From positions 288,001 through 352,000 of the forward strand of contig OZ223265.1 of the NCBI GenBank assembly GCA_965140585.1: 64,000 bases of DNA, in the 5' to 3' direction. The position numbers and the translations under genes were made by a program. This document shows, piece after piece, positions 58,035 to 64,000 of this stretch. Origin of the DNA: Spirochaetia bacterium. Its GTDB lineage: Bacteria > Spirochaetota > Spirochaetia > UBA9216. The stretch's first letter is position 1; each line of letters begins with the position of its first letter. The notes below the pieces were generated by a model, which made no database searches, was not told the origin of the DNA, and worked only from the letters and a program-made list of their open reading frames with translations.

Positions 58035-59639
58035 ATGAAAAGCCTTTATAATTACAGCATCGGCGAGGTATGGGACTTTGCAGCTTCAAGCTATTCCGAC
58101 CTTCCGTTCACAGCGTCACTTAACGGACGAAACTTCACATATAAAAAAGCAAATTCAGTAATAGACAATCTCATCAGTCACCTGGAGTTAACCGGAATTG
58201 AAACCGGCAGCAGAATAGCTCTTTTGAGTGAAAACAGGTCCGAATGGGGATTATGCTGGCTTGCAGCAGTTACGTCCTCCAGGATTGCCGTTCCTATTAT
58301 GACTGATTTTGCTGCTGAACAGATTCAGAATATACTTGAGCATTCCGATGCATCATTTATATTCATCTCTGAGAAGATGCTTCCCAAAATCAGGGATACA
58401 AAACTTTTCAGTGAAAGGAAATTCCTGCTTATAGATGAGGCTGAACTCTTTGATAAGCCTGATACTGCGCTTTCTATCTCAGAATACAGCCCTGCATCAG
58501 AAGATACTGCAGCTATAATATACACATCAGGCACAACAGGAACATCCAAGGGAGTTATGCTCTCTCATAAGAATATTGTTGTAAATGCCTGTGATTCAAC
58601 ACTTGTCGGCGGAATGGAGGCAGGAGATGCGCTTCTGTCGGTTCTTCCTCTTGCACACATGTACGAGTTCACTCAGGGTTTCATGCTTCCTATTCTTGAA
58701 GGGGCTAACATAACCTATCTTGGAATGAAACCCTCTCCCAGACTGATGCTTGACGCAATAGCGAAGACTAAACCTCATTTTATTCTTAGTGTTCCCCTGC
58801 TGATAGAAAAAATATACCGAAGCTCTGTACTTAAAAATATCAACAGCAGTAAAGTACTGAAAACTGTCTACAAAATTTTACCGGTTAGAAAACTGCTTAA
58901 CCGCTTTGTAATCGGAAAAAAACTAATGAAAACCTTCGGAGGCAGACTCAAATTCTTCGGAATCGGAGGAGCTCCGCTTTCTGAAGATGTTGAAAGATTC
59001 CTGAGGGAAGCAAAATTCCCCTACGCTGTAGGATACGGACTTACCGAGACAGCTCCCTGCCTTGCAGGCTCTCCACCGAATAAATCAGTCTTCAGAGGCC
59101 CGGGACAGCCGTTTAAAAGTGTTGAACTTAGAATATTAGATGGTGAGATCCAGGTTAAAAGCGACTGTGTAATGCAGGGCTATTACCTTGATGAAGAAAG
59201 AACTGCAGAAGTCTTTACTGAAGACGGCTGGTTCAGAACCGGGGATATCGGTGAACTTGATGCTGCAGGCAACCTTTATGTTAAGGGTCGTATAAAAAAT
59301 GTCATTCTCGGCCCGGCAGGTGAAAACATCTATCCTGAAGAAATTGAAAACATCCTCAAAACAGATCCTGTTGTTGCTGAATGCCTTGTTCTTGGCAAGG
59401 GGTCCGAGCTTGTTGCCAGGGTAATGCTGGATGAAGAAAAGCTGAAGCAGTATTTTGAAGAGCTTAAGCACAACATCAGTCATTTTCCGCAATGGAAGGA
59501 AGAATTCCTCGAGAATATGCGTAAAAAGATGAATACAAGTCTGAGCTCTTTCTCAAAGATAAGCAGAATAATTGAGCAGGAAGTGCCCTTCGAACTAACT
59601 CCTTCTTTAAAAATAAGAAGATTTCTTTACCAGAACTGA
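58035..59639 (+). CDS. long-chain fatty acid-CoA ligase (AMP-binding)
   Basis: IIYTSGTTGTSKG, GYGLTE, GWFRTGDIG, GENIYPEEIE. Confidence 0.9.
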   Translation: MKSLYNYSIGEVWDFAASSYSDLPFTASLNGRNFTYKKANSVIDNLISHLELTGIETGSRIALLSENRSEWGLCWLAAVTSSRIAVPIMTDFAAEQIQNILEHSDASFIFISEKMLPKIRDTKLFSERKFLLIDEAELFDKPDTALSISEYSPASEDTAAIIYTSGTTGTSKGVMLSHKNIVVNACDSTLVGGMEAGDALLSVLPLAHMYEFTQGFMLPILEGANITYLGMKPSPRLMLDAIAKTKPHFILSVPLLIEKIYRSSVLKNINSSKVLKTVYKILPVRKLLNRFVIGKKLMKTFGGRLKFFGIGGAPLSEDVERFLREAKFPYAVGYGLTETAPCLAGSPPNKSVFRGPGQPFKSVELRILDGEIQVKSDCVMQGYYLDEERTAEVFTEDGWFRTGDIGELDAAGNLYVKGRIKNVILGPAGENIYPEEIENILKTDPVVAECLVLGKGSELVARVMLDEEKLKQYFEELKHNISHFPQWKEEFLENMRKKMNTSLSSFSKISRIIEQEVPFELTPSLKIRRFLYQN

Positions 59640-59673
59640 TGCAGATATAAACCGCATTAGAAACTGATTAATC

Positions 59674-59709
59674 AAAAAAAAAGGCTGTTCAAACTGAACA
59701 GCCTTTTTT
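59674..59709. terminator. bidirectional intrinsic terminator
   Basis: A9-GGCTGTTCA-aac-TGAACAGCC-T6 between convergent genes. Confidence 0.88.
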
Positions 59710-59740
59710 CATATACGCAGCTTTCTAAAAGCCGCGTCAT

Positions 59741-60448
59741 TTACATTCCAAGATAGGCTTTCTGTACCTCATCGTTTTTAAGCAGGTTCTCACAGGTATC
59801 AGCCATGGTAATACGGCCGGTTTCCATAACATAGCCCTTGTGAGCTATCTTGAGAGCCAGGTTGGCGTTCTGCTCAACAAGGAATACTGTTGTACCCTGT
59901 TCTTCATTTATCTTCTTAACAATGTCGAAGATCTGACGAACGATGATTGGAGCAAGCCCGAGTGAGGGCTCATCAAGAAGCAGTATCCGCGGTTTTGCCA
60001 TAAGCGCACGGCTTATAGCCAGCATCTGCTGTTCACCGCCGCTGAGGGTACCTCCACGCTGGTTTCTTCTGCGTGAAAGGATAGGAAACAGTTCGTAAAC
60101 ATATTCAATGTCACGCTTAATCTGTTCCTTGTCCTTTCTGAGGAAGGCTCCCATATCGAGATTCTCAGCAACCGTAAGATCGGGGAAAATCCGCCGCCCT
60201 TCAGGAACCTGAATAATTCCCATAGGAACTATATCATCAGGATTCTTTCCTGTAATATCCTTACCGTCGAGGGTAATTCGACCTGACCGGGCGGGAACTA
60301 CTCCGCTGATTGACATAAGAGTTGTTGTTTTACCGGCACCGTTGGCGCCGATAAGAGTAACTATTTCACCGTCGGCAACTTCAATACTTATCCCTTTAAG
60401 GGCCTGAATGTTTCCGTAATAGGTTTCAATTTTATCAAGTTTAAGCAT
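59741..60448 (-). CDS. livF: branched-chain amino acid ABC transporter ATP-binding protein
   Basis: GANGAGKT, VPEGRRIF, LSGGEQQML, DEPSLGLAP. Confidence 0.95.
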   Translation of the reverse strand: MLKLDKIETYYGNIQALKGISIEVADGEIVTLIGANGAGKTTTLMSISGVVPARSGRITLDGKDITGKNPDDIVPMGIIQVPEGRRIFPDLTVAENLDMGAFLRKDKEQIKRDIEYVYELFPILSRRRNQRGGTLSGGEQQMLAISRALMAKPRILLLDEPSLGLAPIIVRQIFDIVKKINEEQGTTVFLVEQNANLALKIAHKGYVMETGRITMADTCENLLKNDEVQKAYLGM

Positions 60449-61232
60449 CTACATCCTCCCCAAGGTAAGCCTTGATTACATCAGGGTTTTTCTTAATATC
60501 TTCAGGAACTCCAGTTGCTATCAGTTTTCCGTAATCGACAACATAGATTCTCTCGGACAGGCTCATTACCAGGCTCATATCATGCTCGATGAGCAGAATT
60601 GTTATCCCCTCAGTGTCACGAATCCTGACAATGGTCTCGTCGAGTTCCCTGGTTTCCTGTGGATTCATACCGGCTGCAGGTTCATCAAGAAGAAGCAGGA
60701 AGGGGTCGGTAGCCATAGCTCTGGCTATTTCAAGCCGTCTCTGCGCACCGTAGGGAAGATTCTTGGCCAGGTCATTGACATGCTGCTCAAGATTCAGTTT
60801 TTTGAGAATTTCGTAACTCTCATCAATGACATTCCGTTCTTCCGCTCTGGTTCTGGGATCCCTGAGAATTGCGCCGGGAACACCGGCTTTCATCCTTGGA
60901 TGCCGTCCGATCATAACGTTCTCAAGCACACTCATGTTCTGGAACAATCTGATATTCTGAAAGGTTCTTGCAAGACCCTTTTCTGTTATCTTGTTCGGCT
61001 TCATGCCGTTAATCCGCTGCGCCTTGCCTGTTGAGGGAGGGGTCAGAATAATATCGCCTGCGGTAGGCTTGTTTACACCTGTAATACAGTTAAAAAAGGT
61101 TGTCTTGCCTGCACCGTTTGGCCCGATCAGGGCAACAATCTCTTTCTCGTTTATAAAAAGATCGACATCATTTACAGCTCTGAGTCCGCCGAAGTCCATC
61201 CTGAGTTTTTTAACATCTAGTATAGGGGCCAT
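60441..61232 (-). CDS. livG: branched-chain amino acid ABC transporter ATP-binding protein
   Basis: GPNGAGKT, RTFQNIRLF, LPYGAQRRLEIARA, DEPAAG. Confidence 0.95.
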   Translation of the reverse strand: MAPILDVKKLRMDFGGLRAVNDVDLFINEKEIVALIGPNGAGKTTFFNCITGVNKPTAGDIILTPPSTGKAQRINGMKPNKITEKGLARTFQNIRLFQNMSVLENVMIGRHPRMKAGVPGAILRDPRTRAEERNVIDESYEILKKLNLEQHVNDLAKNLPYGAQRRLEIARAMATDPFLLLLDEPAAGMNPQETRELDETIVRIRDTEGITILLIEHDMSLVMSLSERIYVVDYGKLIATGVPEDIKKNPDVIKAYLGEDVDA

Positions 61233-62497
61233 TATTTCTCTCCCTCAGCAGGTGCTTTTTTCTGTTTGAACTCGTACTTCTGCCTGATAGCAGGAATAAT
61301 TCCGCCCGGCTTGAATACCATCATCAGTACAAGAACAGCACCGAAAATAATCATTCTAAGCTCGGAGAAAGCACGCAGATATTCGGGAAGAAGCGTCATT
61401 ATCAGCGCTCCGGCAATTACACCCGGAATTGACCCAAGGCCGCCAAGAACAACCATACATAGAACTATAATTGACTCCCACATTGTGAAACTTGCCGGGT
61501 TAATAAACGTTGTCTTACCCGCAAAGATTACACCGGCGACTCCGGCCCAGAAAGCACCGAGAGCGAAGGCGGCAAGCTTTGCCTTGGCAATATCGATTCC
61601 CATTGACTCACTTGCAATTTCATCTTCACGCATAGCAACCCAGCTTCGGCCCAGTCTTGAATCTTCAAGCCTTCGAACAACAAAAATTGTTACGATTACA
61701 AAAACAAGGATAATGTAGTAAGTGAGGTTTGTTGACTGCTTCAGACCGAAATCAAAACCGGGGAGCGAAGGCCTGGGGATATTTGCAATTCCGCTGGGAC
61801 CGAAACTGAAAGCATTCCAGTTTTCCATAACAATCCTGAATATCTCACCGAAAGCCAGTGTAACTATTGCAAGATAGTCGCCGCGAAGCCGGAGTACCGG
61901 AATTGCTATGATTGTGCCGAATAATGCTGCAAAAATACCGCCGAGAGGCAGTGCAAGCCAGAAATTGACCCCGAAGTGGTGGTTTAAAAGTGCATATGTG
62001 TATGCTCCTACACCGTAGAAAACGATGTAGCAGAGGTTAAGCAGACCGCCAAGACCGACAACGATATTAAGACCGAGAGCAAGCACCACATAAAGCAGAG
62101 CTGTGGTCATGATGCTGGTCTGGTACATGCCGGTTATAAATGGAAAAATTGCCGCAAAGGCAAGAATCACAATGCTTCCGGTTCGTACTATCACAGGCTT
62201 CTGTCCAATCCGTTCCCGGAGGGTCACAGTCTCAGCCTTGTCCGCTGAAGGTTTTTTCCCGATAAGACCGTTCTTGCGGTCGATCAGAAGCTTCCATACA
62301 TGTGAAAGGATAAAGGAGGCGAAACCTACAATTATCATATTTTCCCATCGCCACTCTACCGTATCGGTTACAGTGTTGACCTTAATAACCATAATAGGAA
62401 AGGTCAGGAACATAAACCATACAGCAAGTATTGCCGAACGTTTAATATCCGCAGGCGTCAGAAGTTTATAGCTGTTATCTTTAATAGTATCAGACAT
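61232..62497 (-). CDS. livM: branched-chain amino acid ABC transporter permease
   Basis: LGLNIVVG, LRLRGDYLAIVTLAFGEI, AMREDEIA. Confidence 0.95.
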   Translation of the reverse strand: MSDTIKDNSYKLLTPADIKRSAILAVWFMFLTFPIMVIKVNTVTDTVEWRWENMIIVGFASFILSHVWKLLIDRKNGLIGKKPSADKAETVTLRERIGQKPVIVRTGSIVILAFAAIFPFITGMYQTSIMTTALLYVVLALGLNIVVGLGGLLNLCYIVFYGVGAYTYALLNHHFGVNFWLALPLGGIFAALFGTIIAIPVLRLRGDYLAIVTLAFGEIFRIVMENWNAFSFGPSGIANIPRPSLPGFDFGLKQSTNLTYYIILVFVIVTIFVVRRLEDSRLGRSWVAMREDEIASESMGIDIAKAKLAAFALGAFWAGVAGVIFAGKTTFINPASFTMWESIIVLCMVVLGGLGSIPGVIAGALIMTLLPEYLRAFSELRMIIFGAVLVLMMVFKPGGIIPAIRQKYEFKQKKAPAEGEK

Positions 62498-62506
62498 ATA
62501 ATCCCC

Positions 62507-63412
62507 CTAAACCTTTTTACTCGGAGCCTTACCGAGAAGTCCGGAAGGTCTGAAAATAAGGATGACAATCAGGATGATAAAGGCGAAAACGTCTTCATAG
62601 TCACTGGAAATATATCCGGTTCCGAAACTTTCAGTCAGTCCGAGAACAAAACTTCCGAGCACTGCTCCCGGAATACTTCCGATTCCACCAAGCACCGCAG
62701 CAACAAAGGCTTTGATACCGGCGATAAAGCCGATATAGAAGTTAATCTGGCCTACATGAGAACTGATTAGAACGCCGCCGATAGCAGCAGTTGCAGAGCC
62801 GAGAAGGAAGGTCACCATAATCACATTATTGATGTTGACACCTACAAGCTGAGCCATGACCTTATCCTGCGCTGTAGCACGCATAGCCTTACCAATTCTT
62901 GTATATTTAATGAGTAATGTAAAAAGTATCATTACTACAGTTGATGTCACGAGGATAATGAACTGTGTGGTATTCATGATGTTTTCAATCGGTTTCAGAA
63001 ATCCAAAATCCGGAATAAGGATTGGAAATGGCTGAAAGTCTGAAGTCTGAGCAAGAAGCACATAGTTCTGAAGGAACATTGACATTCCGATGGCGCTTAT
63101 AAGAGCAGAAAGACGCGGTGCGTTTCTAAGCGGTTTATAAGCTATCTTTTCCATTGTAATACCGTAGCCTGCTGAATAAACTATAGCAACAACCGCGGCA
63201 ATTAGAAAAATAAGTACAGGAGGAAGTCCTGTAAAAGCGAGAGCACCTGAAACAATAAGAGCAGTGAAAGCTCCTATCATGTAGATCTCGCCGTGAGCAA
63301 AATTAATAAGCTGAATAATACCGTAGACCATTGTGTAGCCCAGGGCGATCAGTGCATAAATACTTCCTCTTGTCAGCCCTCCAAGAAAAAGCTCAATAAA
63401 ATAAGTATTCAT
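62507..63412 (-). CDS. livH: branched-chain amino acid ABC transporter permease
   Basis: GSIYALIALGYTMVYG, NFAHGE, KAFVAAVLGGIG. Confidence 0.95.
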   Translation of the reverse strand: MNTYFIELFLGGLTRGSIYALIALGYTMVYGIIQLINFAHGEIYMIGAFTALIVSGALAFTGLPPVLIFLIAAVVAIVYSAGYGITMEKIAYKPLRNAPRLSALISAIGMSMFLQNYVLLAQTSDFQPFPILIPDFGFLKPIENIMNTTQFIILVTSTVVMILFTLLIKYTRIGKAMRATAQDKVMAQLVGVNINNVIMVTFLLGSATAAIGGVLISSHVGQINFYIGFIAGIKAFVAAVLGGIGSIPGAVLGSFVLGLTESFGTGYISSDYEDVFAFIILIVILIFRPSGLLGKAPSKKV

Positions 63413-63504
63413 TGCAGAATTACTCCTCTAAGTATTTGAGGCTGGATTCATGTCGAGGGTATCAACGAATCCTCAGAAATCCGGATAGGACATTTTATAA
63501 TTGC

Positions 63505-63530
63505 AAATAAAAGCGGGCCGTGTGGCCCGC
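63505..63530 (-). terminator. hairpin/terminator between livK and livH
   Basis: Minus-strand GCGGGCC-acac-GGCCCGC followed by UUUUAUUU. Confidence 0.7.
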
Positions 63531-63540
63531 CTGTGATTAA

Positions 63541-64000
63541 CTATTTGAGTTCGACATAAGCGCCGTTCTGTACCTGGAATACAGAGAAACCAACGCCAAT
63601 TGCATCACCCTTCTCGTCGAAGCTGATGCTTCCGAGAGTTGTGTCTACGTAGTTGCTCTTAAGAGCTTTTGAAACTGCTTCATAGTCAGTTGAACCGGCT
63701 TTTTCAATTGCATTGAGGATTGCAGCAGTTGCAGCATATGCATTGAGGAAAAAAGCACCTGGATCTTCGCCGTATTCAGCTCTGTGAGCTTCTTCAGCAG
63801 CCATTGTCAGTGCGTTTGTAGATGTATCCATAGGACCTGTTGCGTAAACGCCTTCTGCAAATTCACCTGCAACCTTGATAAAAGTATCGTCTTTTACACC
63901 GTCGTCAGAGATGAAGATAGTGTCCATACCTTTCTTTTTAATCTGGCTGATAAGCTTTGAAGCTTCCGGATGGTATCCACCGAAGATAATTGCTTCTGCG
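63541..64000 (-). CDS. livK: branched-chain amino acid ABC transporter substrate-binding protein, C-terminal part
   Basis: The frame extends to the window edge (IFGGYHPEASKL); GSISFDEKGD C-terminal motif; position in the liv operon. Confidence 0.88.
   Translation of the reverse strand, partial: AEAIIFGGYHPEASKLISQIKKKGMDTIFISDDGVKDDTFIKVAGEFAEGVYATGPMDTSTNALTMAAEEAHRAEYGEDPGAFFLNAYAATAAILNAIEKAGSTDYEAVSKALKSNYVDTTLGSISFDEKGDAIGVGFSVFQVQNGAYVELK

Noticed and set aside
1-64000. CRISPR arrays, tRNA or rRNA genes, prophage or recognisable defence systems
   Set aside because: No regularly spaced repeats, cloverleaf or rRNA-like segments, or phage and defence genes were recognised by eye.

Overview
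Bacterial chromosomal window, probably from a free-living anaerobic spirochaete (inferred from the lipoprotein and PEGA/TPR gene types, gpsA and the long-form pfk; not verified). Positions 1-10750 form a visibly AT-richer, decaying accessory region. It holds a sulfotransferase next to cysC, a TetR operon with a perfect operator, a membrane-protein operon, a truncated IS1182, and amidohydrolase and transporter pseudogenes. The rest is mostly housekeeping and metabolic: a GGDEF protein, mgsA, a kinase/receiver/binding-protein module, split metH, rubredoxin, AlaX, MoxR/VWA, pepF, gpsA, pfk, an adenylate cyclase, lipoproteins, gpgS, lplA, an acyl-CoA ligase and the liv operon. Best finding: an apparent alanine-sensing, ribosome-mediated transcription attenuator upstream of an AlaA-like aminotransferase (44724-44927). 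It has a consensus promoter, a leaderless 25-aa leader peptide with five consecutive Ala codons, mutually exclusive hairpins and an intrinsic terminator. Also notable are pervasive leaderless gene starts, a TetR-regulated aminotransferase/FGGY kinase/class II aldolase catabolic operon, a candidate SD/anti-SD-rich sRNA, and a degenerate M20 peptidase coupled to gpgS. All calls come from reading motifs by eye; no database searches or folding programs were run.
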